In this document: piece after piece, positions 12,955-24,449 of the stretch
How the letters are laid out: every line of letters starts with the position of its first letter
Numbering within the stretch: position 1 is the first letter of the stretch
Assembly (NCBI RefSeq): GCF_006345805.1
Contig: NC_043014.1
Location: 11,160,001 to 11,224,000, forward strand
DNA length: 64,000 bases
Reading direction: 5' to 3'
Origin: Octopus sinensis
Taxonomy: Eukaryota
Translations under genes and position numbers: made by a program
The notes under the pieces: generated by a model
The model's input: the letters and a program-made list of their open reading frames with translations, nothing else
Told to the model about the DNA's origin: nothing
The model's database searches: none

Positions 12955-13187
12955 AGTAGGTGTCGCTTCCGACAATCTCTGTTCGATGGTTTTATTTACC
13001 TAGTTTCGGTGGAATACATCCACTTGTTTTCAATAATAGAAATATTAAAATAACTAAGTCTCTCTAAAAGATAACTAGAGAGACTTAGTTATTTTAATAT
13101 TTCTATTATTGAAAACAAGTGGATGTATTCCACCGAAACTAGGTAAATAAAACCATCGAACAGAGATTGTCGGAAGCGACACCTACT

Positions 13188-13243
13188 GGCAGGCTACACT
13201 GCATTGAAAAGGGGCAATACCCCGAAACGCGTCTGTAGCTGCC
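13188..13243 (+). ncRNA. Minimal type I hammerhead ribozyme, U3-A8 core variant (unit 1)
   Basis: Stem I (A/G)CTGCA/TGTAGC with GGCA/TGCC extension; core TTGAAAA; stem II GGGG-CAATA-CCCC; GAAA-C-GC-G-TC. Predicted cleavage after C13233. Confidence 0.8.
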
Positions 13244-13549
13244 GGTCAAGTAGTGTGGAGCGACTGACCTCCCTTGTTCGAAGGTTATATGGATACAGTT
13301 TGTGTATCAAATAGCTAACTTAAGGCGATGGCCTCATGGAGCTAATAAGCGGACAGCTTTTTTCTTATTTTTATAAGAATGCCATATTAGTATGGCGATA
13401 ACTATTATTTTCCGGGAACGCTGCCGCTGTTCTCTTTTAGAGAGACTTAGTTATTTTATTATTTCTATTATTGAAAACAAGTGGATGTATTCCACCGAAA
13501 CTAGGTAAATAAAACCATCGAACAGAGATTGTTGGAAGCGACACCTACT

Positions 13550-13605
13550 GGCAGGCTACGCTGCATTGAAAAGGGGCAATACCCCGAAACGCGTCTGTAG
13601 CTGCC
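13550..13605 (+). ncRNA. Minimal type I hammerhead ribozyme, U3-A8 core variant (unit 2)
   Basis: GGCA-ggctac-GCTGCA TTGAAAA GGGG caata CCCC GAAA C gc G TC | TGTAGC TGCC. Cleavage after 13595. Confidence 0.85.
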
Positions 13606-13911
13606 GGTCAAGTAGTGTGGAGCGACTGACCTCCCTTGTTCAAAGGTTATATGGATACAGTTTGTGTATCAAATAGCTAACTTAAGGCGATGGCCTCATG
13701 GAGCTAATAAGCGGACAGCTTTTTTCTTATTTTTATAAGAATGCCATATTAGTATGGCGATAACTATTATTTTCCGGGAACGCTGCCGCTGTTCTCTTTT
13801 AGAGAGACTTAGTTATTTTAATATTTCTATTATTGAAAACAAGTGGATGTATTCCACCGAAACTAGGTAAATAAAACCATCGAACAGAGATTGTCGGAAG
13901 CGACACCTACT

Positions 13912-13967
13912 GGCAGGCTATGCTGCATTGAAAAGGGGCAATACCCCGAAACGCGTCTGTAGCTGCC
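13912..13967 (+). ncRNA. Minimal type I hammerhead ribozyme (unit 3)
   Basis: Same motif 362 bp downstream. Cleavage after 13957. Confidence 0.85.
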
Positions 13968-14273
13968 GGTCAAGTAGTGTGGAGCGACTGACCTCCCTTG
14001 TTCGAAGGTTATATGGATACAGTTTGTGTATCAAATAGCTAACTTAAGGCGATGGCCTCATGGAGCTAATAAGCGGACAGCTTTTTTCTTATTTTTATAA
14101 GAATGCCATATTAGTATGGCGATAACTATTATTTTCCGGGAACGCTGCCGCTGTTCTCTTTTAGAGAGACTTAGTTATTTTAATATTTCTATTATTGAAA
14201 ACAAGTGGATGTATTCCACCGAAACTAGGTAAATAAAACCATCGAACAGAGATTGTCGGAAGCGACACCTACT

Positions 14274-14329
14274 GGCAGGCTACGCTGCATTGAAAAGGGG
14301 CAATACCCCGAAACGCGTCTGTAGCTGCC
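14274..14329 (+). ncRNA. Minimal type I hammerhead ribozyme (unit 4)
   Basis: Same motif. Cleavage after 14319. Confidence 0.85.
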
Positions 14330-14748
14330 GGTCAAGTAGTGTGGAGCGACTGACCTCCCTTGTTCGAAGGTTATATGGATACAGTTTGTGTATCAAATAG
14401 CTAACTTAAGGCGATGGCCTCATGGAGCTAATAAGCGGACAGCTTTTTTCTTATTTTTATAAGAATGCCATATTAGTATGGCGATAACTATTATTTTCCG
14501 GGAACGCTGCCGCTGTTCTCTTTTAGAGAGACTTAGTTATTTTAATATTTCTAATATATATATATATATATATATATGAATTAAATTAGAGATAAAACCA
14601 CTATTAGGCAAATCAAACAGTGAAAAACATAAACCAAAATATAAAAATAAAAATAATTAATATAATTTACAAAATATAAGATATAAAATTTAAAATTTAA
14701 ATTATTTAATTTAAATTATTTAAATTTAAAATTATTAATTTATATTTA

Positions 14749-14837
<89 letters not shown>

Positions 14838-15589
14838 GAGTAAATAATTTCTATAATGGTTTTTAAAAATAGACCACAATTATTTACTGGTAGAATTCGG
14901 TATGTAAATATAACCGATTAACGGTAGGAACTTCTGTAAAGTTCAGTATATATATTGTATATAAGAAAAAAGGGACAGGCAACAGGTTGCTTGACCGCAT
15001 ACCGAAAAAGTAGAAATAGCAGTCAAGAATGCTTATTTCTATTCCTTCTGTTTTGCATATGTGAATTGCAGGGTTTGTAGTGTGTGGAGCTCCACTTGTG
15101 GAAAATAGAAATAAGCATTCTTGACTGCTATTTCTACTTTTTCGGTATGCGGTCAAGCAACCTGTTGCCTGTCCCTTTCTTCTTATATATATATATATAA
15201 AAAAGCTAAGAGAGTATACGTAATTAATGATTTTTGTGATACGGTAATGTGGACTGGCTGTACAAAAATCAACTGTGTTTCACTGCCTTATTCAATAGAC
15301 AGCACTTAATCTGTCATGTGCAATAGAACCAGTCTTATCAACAAGTGAATTTTTATCAGTCACACAACAGTTTGTTGAACCAGACTGCTGCACAATAGCT
15401 TAATAGTAGTAAATCTTTCTCATGAACTTCGCAGGAAGGTTGACATTTTTTTAATGAGAAAATCATTTTCAGTCCATTACCAGTGAACAGTGAATTGTTG
15501 TGTAAATTGAAGCAATAGGCTGACTTTAATGTCGCATTTTTAACAAATTCAGTCTTAAATTACAAGGCAATTCTCAGCTTATCATCATC

Positions 15590-15992
15590 GGCACAGGAGT
15601 GGCTGTGTGGTAAGTAGCTTGCTTACCAACCACATGGTTCCAGGTTCAGTCCCACTGCGTGGCACCTTGGGCAAGTGTCTTTTACTATAGCCTCAGGCCG
15701 ACCAAAGCTGTGTGAGTGGATTTGGTAGACAGAAACTGAAAGAAATCTGTCGTATATATGTATATGTATATATATGTGTGTGTGTGTGTTTGTACGTCTG
15801 TGTTTGTCCCCCAACATCGCTTGACAACTGATGCTGGTGTGTTTACGTCTCCGTAACTTAGCGGTTTGGTAAAAGAGACTGATAGAATAAGTACTAGGCT
15901 AACAAAGAATAAGTCCTGGGGTCGATTTGCTCGACTAAAGGCATTGCTCCAGCATGGCCACATTCAAATGACTGAAACAAGTAAAAGAGTAA
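15590..15992 (+). mobile_element. SINE family A
   Basis: Full-length match to 8829-9238. Confidence 0.8.
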
Positions 15993-16329
15993 GTTATCCT
16001 CAAACCAAAAACCTGGCTCCAAATGTTTTAAACAAAGTAGACACCACTAAAGGTAACTACTGGCCAGGTGGCACCTTTAAATCAAGCGATGGATTAATGC
16101 CTACGAACTCAAAATGAAAATGGTCCCTTTCATCAGTTCCCACACAATTTCCACCCATCAAATTTCTTTCAGAAGTCTTTGGTTGACCCAAGGGAACAGT
16201 AGAAAACATACCAAAGGAGCCCTACAAGAGATTGAACCTGGAGCTATGTGGTTGCTAAGCAAACCACTTAACTACAAAATCATGCCTGTGTACCTATTAT
16301 TTTGGGTTAAGTGTTCTGTTACATGTTTC

Positions 16330-16712
16330 CTTTATTTGACTGTGGCCATGCTGGAGCACCACCATAAAGTGTTTTTAGTTGCAGAAATCAACCCCAGGAC
16401 TTATACTTTACAAGCTTAGTATTTATTCTATCGGTCTTTTTTGCTGAACCTTTAAGTTATGGGGATGTAAACACACCAATATCAGTTGTCAAGTGATGGT
16501 TGTGGGGCAAACACTGACACACACACACATAAATACAAACATATATGTACATATATATGATGGGCTTCTTTCAGTTTCCATTTACCAAATTCACTCACTG
16601 GGCTTTGGTCAGCCTGAGGCTATAGTAGAAGACACTTTCCCAAGGTGCCCCGCAATGGGACTGAACCCAGAACCATGGGGTTGGGAGGTAAGCTTCTTAC
16701 CACACAGGCACT
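16330..16712 (-). mobile_element. SINE family A (diverged)
   Basis: Reverse-complement match. Confidence 0.7.
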
Positions 16713-16769
16713 CATAAGTGATTCACCTCTCTTCCGCAAAATTCAAATCAGATGAAATGAAACCAAACT

Positions 16770-17110
16770 ATATTCTTTTAATTAACCTCTGGCACTGTCA
16801 GCCATGATGACAGGTATTCCAGTTGATCTAATTAATGGAACAGCTTGCTCGTGAAATTAACATACAAGTGGTTGAGTACTCCACAGACACGTGTACCCCT
16901 AATGTAGTTCTCAGGGAGATTCAGTGTGACACAGAGTGTGACAAGGCTGGCCCTTTGAAATACAAGTGCATCTCATTTTTGACTGCTGAGTGGACTGGAG
17001 TAACATGAAATATAATGTCTTGCTCAAGGACACAATAACACAGTCAGGAATTGAACTCATGACCTTACAATTGTGAGCCGAAACTGTTACCACTAAGCCA
17101 CATACCTCCA
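16770..17110 (-). mobile_element. tRNA-derived SINE family D (CORE-like tgtccttgagcaagaca motif)
   Basis: Related copies at ~41130-41400(+), 44860-45120(-), 47925-48070(+) and 48950-49230(-). Confidence 0.6.
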
Positions 17111-17164
17111 TATCTTTAATAAACCAAAGACATTTCATTAATCCTTGAGACTGCTTTATGAGCT

Positions 17165-17218
17165 GTCTCTCCTTCTTCTTCTCTTCTTCTTCTTCTCTTC
17201 TTCTTCTTCTTCTTCTTC

Positions 17219-17275
<57 letters not shown>

Positions 17276-17385
17276 TTCTTCTTCTTCTTCCTTCTTCTTC
17301 ATCATCCTCATCATCTTCTTTTTCTTCTTCTTCTCCTCCTCCTCCTCCTTCTTCTTCTTCTTCTTCTTCTTCTTCTTCTTCTTCC
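17165..17385. repeat. Compound (TTC)n/(CAT)n microsatellite
   Basis: Direct inspection. Confidence 0.95.
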
Positions 17386-18879
17386 AATCAGGACTCACGC
17401 CATTAGCCACAAAGAATAATCTCTAATTTGAGCCTACTCTAAGCTACTAAGAATGCGTGTGGCAACTTGAAGATCCACCGACCACACACAATAGACTGGT
17501 GGTTGCATGGGCGCGAAAGCTACGTTGTTATCCTCATTCCATAAATGGTGGCTTTTAACGGGTGGAGAGCTGAACCATCCTGGGGTACAGAGGATTTGCA
17601 ATCTAGTTAGGGTCTGAAAGTTTACCACACAATAGTGGGTTACACCATGGTTCCTCTGCTTTGTGGCAGAAGTAGGAAGAAAGAGTAGAGAGAAATTGCA
17701 GTGAAAGAGTACAGCGGGGTTCACCTCCACCCCCCACCGGAGCCTTGTGGAGTTAGGTGTTTTTGCTCAATAAAAACTCACAATGATCGATCTAGGAATC
17801 GAAACCGCATTCTTACGACCGCGAGTCTGCTGCCCTAACCACTGGGTCATTGCGCCTCCACTGTTGTTGTTGCTGTTTGTTTGTTTGTTGAGCGAAGTGG
17901 TCTTCGTCCCATTTGTGGGAGAAGTTTGAAACATGGTCCTTTGCTATTCGTAAGACCTGAAGAAGAGAAAGCAGGTCAACAACCGACACCGAGAGCATTG
18001 AGGCTCAGCGGTTGCATAGGAAGTCAGGGACAAGAAACAGGAAGAAAGAGTGAGAGAAAGTTGGAGCGATAGAGTATAACAGGGGTCGCCACCACCCCCT
18101 GCCAGAGCCTCATGGAGCTTTAGGTGTTTTCGCTCAATAAACACTCAGAACGCCCGGTCTGAGAATCGAAACCGCGATCCTCCGACCGCGAGTCCGCTGC
18201 CCTAACCACTGGGCCATTGCACCCCCACTGTTTTTGCTGTTCATTCCCAAGTTGATCCTAATTGAACAGACCAGCAATTAAAGACATTCCTTCCATGGTT
18301 ATCCCGACTTTTTTTATTTTTATTCTTATTTTTATCAGGTATGGTCTACCTCGGATTGCGTTGTCCAGTTTAAGGTTATTTATTTTCCGTAATCAAAACT
18401 TGTTCAGACTCTCACAATCTTTATACACCAACAAAGGTCAACAATGCAAGTTCACCTTCAGAGCAGAAATTTCCAGTTTACGTACGTCATAGCAGGCTGG
18501 TAACATCTTCGTTTATCCTTCAATGTTTATTTCATCAACCATGAACGAATTAACATTGACATTTCAACGGTTTTTGCACCATTGAAAGCTGTTGCTCTTT
18601 TATTTAACAAAACAGAAAGGAAAATACGTATGTTATGGATGCATTTATGTATGATTAGTTAGTATCTGATTTAGACAAGGTTTTGCTTGATATTTGATAC
18701 TTAATACTTATTATATGCTTGTTAGTATTTTTATAAAAAAGCTGTGTTGTGTATGACCTTTTCCTTTCCGTATTTTCAATGACAACGCTGAGATTCTTTT
18801 CGGCTTTTTTTTTTGTAAAGGGAAATAACTTTAGTTTTCGAGTGACGTTGTTTGGAGGGTGAAAGAGAAAAACGAAGAG

Positions 18880-18964
18880 TTAGTAATAGAGAGAGAGAGA
18901 GATGCAGTGATAGAGAGAGATATATAGAAAGGGGAAAACTGGATGTCTTGAGTGAGAGAGAAAG

Positions 18965-19012
<48 letters not shown>

Positions 19013-19142
19013 TTAAGCAGAGCGGGAGATAGAGATAGAGCTAGAGAGATGGACAGACAGACAAATATATGTATATAAAGAGAAAGAGCGAGAGAGAGGT
19101 AAGCAGAAAGGTAGAGAGAGAGAGATAGGCAGAGATATAGAT

Positions 19143-19175
<33 letters not shown>

Positions 19176-19190
19176 TAGGCAGATGATAGG

Positions 19191-19282
<92 letters not shown>

Positions 19283-19522
19283 TAGACAGAGAGAGAGAAA
19301 AGGTCAGAGAGAGAAACAGACAAATAGATCGACAGAGAGCGAGAGAGATAGAGATAAGCAGAGAGAGAGAGTTAGAGAGATAACCAGACAGACAAGGTGG
19401 TGCTCCAGCATGGCCACAGTCAAAGGACTGAAACAAATAAACAAATATATAGATAGAGTGAGAGAGAGGTAAACAGAAAGGAAGAGAGAGAGACAGCAAC
19501 AGATAGGCAGAGAAATAGATAG

Positions 19523-19584
<62 letters not shown>

Positions 19585-19620
19585 TGAGAAAGATGGTGAG
19601 AGATAAAGATGAAAGAAAGA
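18880..19620. repeat. (GA)n/(GATA)n purine-rich simple repeat block
   Basis: Direct inspection. Confidence 0.95.
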
Positions 19621-19707
19621 ATAAGTAGAAGGTAGATAAGAAGAAAAATGGAAAAATTAATTTTAACTCTTCAGCCTTTAAACCAACCATATCCAGCCCA
19701 AATATTC

Positions 19708-20070
19708 TGGCTGTGTGGTAAGTAGCTTGTTTACCAACCACATGGTTCCGGGTTCAGTCCCACTGCGTGGCACCTTGGGCAAGTGTCTTCTGCTATAGCC
19801 TCGGGCCGACCCTAGCCTTGTGAGTGGATTTGGTAGATGGAAACTGAAAGAAGCCCATCATATATATGCATATGTATATATATATGTGTGTGTGTCCCCC
19901 AACCGATGCTGGTGTGTTTATGCCCATGTAACTTAGCAGTTTGGCAAAAGAGACCGATAGAATAAGTACTGGGCTTACAAAAGAATAAGTCCCGGGGTCG
20001 AGTTGTTTGATTAAAGGCGATGCTCCAGTATGGCCGCACTCAAATGACTGAAACAAGTAAAAGAGAAAAA
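19708..20070 (+). mobile_element. SINE family A
   Basis: Match to 8829-9238. Confidence 0.8.
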
Positions 20071-20172
20071 GAGAGTTATGTTCCAGACACTCCAGATCTG
20101 ACCTCTCACACCTTCCCTGCAATGTTTTTCTAAAAATAAACAACAGCATTCAGTAAGTAAAGTGTGCCTTAA

Positions 20173-20393
20173 CCCTTTAGCATTTAAACCAGCCATATCC
20201 GGCCAAAAGTATTCTGCCTGTTTTATGTTCAAACTGGCCAGATCTGGTCTCTCACACCAACCCTACAATATCGTTTTAAAAATTAACAGCTACCTCATCA
20301 AAATCTCATAGCTACAAGATAATGCATGACTAGTTCAAAACAATGTGGATGAAAAAGCATTAATTTTGGCAGAATAATGTGAACACTAAAGGC
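20173..20393. mobile_element. TTAA-flanked MITE (piggyBac-like)
   Basis: ttaa-ccctttag ... ctaaaggc-ttaa. Fragments of the same family occur at ~19660-19710 and ~20080-20160. Confidence 0.65.
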
Positions 20394-22149
20394 TTAACAT
20401 TGATTGTAATCCTTCAGTAATCTTTAAAAGGAATAATGATCAGGTACAGGAGCTAATTTAATTAGCATGTTCACAGTTTACCTTTAAGTACCCACATTTT
20501 GGCTCATCACCATTGCTTTTTGCAAGCAGTCATATGACCATACCTGTTCATGCTGATTGGCTGCTTTAAGCCATCCAATCAGATCCCATGCCTGATCAGA
20601 AAAGTGTGGTCTGCTTGAGCTTATCCTTAGCTATTTAAAGAATGCTTTTTCCCACTGTTTTCTTCAGTGAAGTGGGTTGCACGATGAACTTCAGATCTTC
20701 AGCATAGAGCTAGTTTTATTCCACTATGAAGACCCAGTGAGGAGAGAATTATTAGCAAAGATTTTTGTTGCCATGCTATGTGTTCTTCCCATGCATATCT
20801 TCATATTCAAGCTTCTTGAGGAACCAATTCTTTTTCATTAACAGAATTATTCATGTGAACCAGTTTGCTGGGTTTTTTTCTTTTAGTGGTGAAATAAATG
20901 TGGCAGTCGACTTTAACTTGTGTCTTTATATTCCTTAATGTTCTTTATCATGGCTTGTTTAAAACCAGAAGATTATAATTTTACCAGGGCCTTAGCCACA
21001 TTCACCTTTTTCTCCATGCTAAAATAACACCAGGAATCAATATATTAATAGATGTCCAATAAATAAAAGAAAATTGACCTTAACATATACTTTGCTTCAT
21101 TCTGAAGTCACATTTTCCACACTTGAAATTAAAACAAATTGAGTTGGTGTAACCGAAGTACTTTTGAAGATGGTAATTCTAGAAATTAAAACAAGACGCA
21201 GGAACTCAAGACTTTACGATCATGAGCTGAATATTTGGGGGAGAAATCCACTCACAAGGTCTTGATCTGTTATAATAAATAGATAGTCACATAAAGAACC
21301 AGAGAGTAGAAATGAACCCAAAACCATGTGATTGGGAAATAAACTTCTTGGTCACAATGTCCCACCTGTGTCTGTTATTCTAGCAGAGTAACAGTTTTTC
21401 TTCTTGTCGACAGTATTGGTGGGGTGGCATGAAGAATGAGATCTACAAATCTCAGAGTATTCTGTAGCGACGAACATTTTTAATCCCCTCCCTGGCGTTA
21501 GTGATGGCAGTTGTAAATTTGGAGTAGTACTATATACCCCAACTCAAGTAAAGCATAATGCCCCATCATCTCATAGGAACTATGGCATTTTCCATTTTCT
21601 CCATTTTTGTTAACGATATTTCATACACTAGGTGGGACCACAATGGGCTTAGGGAAAAAGTGGTGTTCGTAACACCAGACTTTAAACTTTCTTGTCAGAC
21701 CGCTGTCAATGACAACTGTCATTGGAAGTCAGTCCCTGCTTCAACATGAGCACAGTCTTAATAACCCCCTCGGCACATTTAAGAGCACGGAATAGATACG
21801 GCTAAAGATCTTAATTGCATTTTCCCTGTAAGTTGGAATCAGCTCCAAGGTGGTGCCCCAGTATGGCTACAGTCCATAGACTGAAACAAGTAAAAGATAA
21901 AAGATAAAATAACTACGATTCATATACTATTCAAAGACAAACAAAACCGTGTTAAGTATATTTGGTAATACACAGTAACCAAGAAAAGGTTAGTTTTCTA
22001 AAGTTGAAATTGAAGTCAAATGTTATTTGTTTTGACATCCGATATACGCAATCTGTAACCATGAGCAACCACGTAACCTTTTAGATTTCACACTAATTCC
22101 TTCTTTACTGATCGATTCTCAATGACCTTCTCACTGGTCACTTTTCCCC

Positions 22150-22537
22150 ACCACTTCCTTCTATCCTTTGCCACCACCCCATTTCATACCTCCTTCACTC
22201 CAACCCTCATTTTCCTTCCTCTCTTCTTCATTTCTTTCATTCTTTCCTTCCTGTCTTCCTTTCCTTCACCCTCACCTCTTTCCTCCTTTATTCCTGCTTT
22301 CAGTTTCTCTTTCTTTCTGTCTTTCTTGTTGTTTTTTCATCTCTTTCTTCCCTTCTTTCCTTCTCTCTTTTTTTTTTACCTACCTTTCTTCTTTCCTTCC
22401 ACTTTCTTTCTTTCTTTCTTCCTTCCTTTCTTTCTTTCCTTCTTTCTTTCATTTTTCGATTTTGTTGTTTCTTTCATTTCTTTCTTCCCTTCCTTCTTGT
22501 TTTCTTTCATTTTCTTTCTGTTTTTACTTTACTTAGT

Positions 22538-22593
<56 letters not shown>

Positions 22594-22630
22594 TCCATTT
22601 CATTCCTGTCACTTTTCTTTCTTTCTTCCT
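22150..22630. repeat. (CTTT)n pyrimidine-rich low-complexity block
   Basis: Direct inspection. Confidence 0.9.
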
Positions 22631-22820
22631 CCTTTACTCTTTTACTTGTTTCAGTCATTTGACTGTGGCCATGCTGGAGCACCGCCTTTAGTCAAGCAAA
22701 TCGACCCCAGGATTTATTCTTTGTAAGCCTAGTACTTATTCTATCGGTCTCTTTTGCCGAACTGCTAAGTTATGGGGACGTAAACACACCAGCATCGGTT
22801 GTCAAGTGATGTTGGGGGGA

Positions 22821-22888
<68 letters not shown>

Positions 22889-23060
22889 CACATATACATA
22901 TATACGACAGGCTTCTTTCAGTTTCCGTCTACCAAATCCACTCACAAGGCTTTGGTCGTCCCGACGCTATAGTAAAAGACACTTGCCCAAGGTGCCATGC
23001 AGTAGGACTGAACCCAGAACCATGTGGTTGGTAAGCAAGCTACTTACCACACAGCCACTC
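22630..23060 (-). mobile_element. SINE family A
   Basis: Reverse-complement match. Confidence 0.8.
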
Positions 23061-23299
23061 TTCCTTCTTTCTTTCTATTTATTCATTCTTTCTAATTTTT
23101 TCTTTTACCACTTTCAAGGTAAAAAAAAAATCACAATTAATTACAGATATTTCGAATATGCATTTGGATATTTGATGCGAGGTTTCACAGAAGCGAAAAC
23201 AAAGCAAACACGTAAACAAAGACATTTTCAGGAGGATGGAAGTCAGTAGAAACGGTAGAAACAGTGTAAGAATTAAATGTCTTTTAATGTTTATTATTA

Positions 23300-23582
23300 A
23301 CTTGCAGTATCGCCCGGCGTTGCTCGGGTTTGTAAGGGAAATAACTATATAAGCATTATTAGAGAGTTATAGCCAAAAAATAGAAAAAAAATGCATTCAA
23401 AATGGTTGACTCATCGTAAACAGTTTTAGAGAGTTACTTCCCTTATATAATAGCGAAAAAATGCATTAAAATGGAAAAAAATGATGGTAATTTTTTTTTT
23501 AAATCGTAGACTCATCGTAGACATTTTTAGAGAGTTACTTCCCTTATATAATAGCGAAAAAAATGCATTAAAATGGAAAAAA
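23300..23582 (-). mobile_element. 3' part of the same Helitron-like family, internally duplicated, running into the gap
   Basis: Reverse complement of the 4900-5047 end (cagtatcgcccggcgttgctcggg), with an internal ~100-bp duplication. Confidence 0.6.
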
Positions 23583-23682
23583 NNNNNNNNNNNNNNNNNN
23601 NNNNNNNNNNNNNNNNNNNNNNNNNNNNNNNNNNNNNNNNNNNNNNNNNNNNNNNNNNNNNNNNNNNNNNNNNNNNNNNNNN
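23583..23682. other. Assembly gap (100 N)
   Basis: Run of N. Confidence 1.
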
Positions 23683-23795
23683 TGTGTATGGGTGATGTTT
23701 GTTTTATGCCATCTTCTGTTATGTTTGTTTTTGATTGGATGTATTCCATCAAATTTGTGTTTTGGTGTCTATGGCTGTGAGCATGTTTGCTGTAT

Positions 23796-23826
<31 letters not shown>

Positions 23827-23856
23827 TATGATAGATAGATAGATAGATAGATAGAT

Positions 23857-23889
<33 letters not shown>

Positions 23890-23920
23890 AGATAAGATAG
23901 ATAGATGATAGATAGATACA

Positions 23921-24160
23921 CGGTGTTCAAAAGTCTCTCCGCAATGAAATTTTTTCACCCTTTGCATCACCATGGTGCTAGTGTACGAGTTTTTCGGTCA
24001 ACGGATTATTTCGAAGGGACTTTGACCACCAAGATCCCCTGATTTAACACCGCCAGACTTTTTTTTTCTTTTTGTCTGGGGAGCAAGTAAAGGATCAGTG
24101 TACAAGAATCGCTCGAAAACCATTAAATACATACTGCGAAGAGACTTTTTGAACACCCTG
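23921..24160 (+). mobile_element. Internally deleted Tc1/mariner derivative (MITE)
   Basis: TIRs (g)gtgttcaaaagtctct / agagactttttgaacaccctg-TA. Internal remnant encodes (W)PPRSPDLTPPDF. Confidence 0.7.
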
Positions 24161-24199
24161 TAGATAGATATACATGTGTGTATATATATCTATATGCAT

Positions 24200-24440
24200 A
24201 TAGATAAATACATACATACATACATACATGCATACATACATACATACATACATACATACATACATGCATACATACATACATACATACATACATGCATACA
24301 TACATACATACATACGTACATACATACATGCATACATACATACATATATACATACATACATACATGCATACATGCATACATGCATACATACATACATACA
24401 TACATACATACATACATACATACATACATACATACATGTG
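24200..24440. repeat. (TACA)n microsatellite (others at ~24970-25070, 25265-25330, 25545-25615)
   Basis: Direct inspection. Confidence 0.95.
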
Positions 24441-24449
24441 TATTCTGAC

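Larger units (their letters stand above)
12733..14553 (+). mobile_element. 362-bp hammerhead-containing tandem array with inverted 5' arm (retrozyme / Penelope pseudo-LTR-like)
   Basis: Direct units start at 13077, 13439, 13801 and 14163, with a partial unit at 14525. The inverted arm spans 12733-13070. Copies differ by a few SNPs, and (TA)n flanks both sides. Confidence 0.9.

Noticed and set aside
23390-23582. Tandem duplication next to the N gap
   Set aside because: May be an assembly artefact at a contig end.
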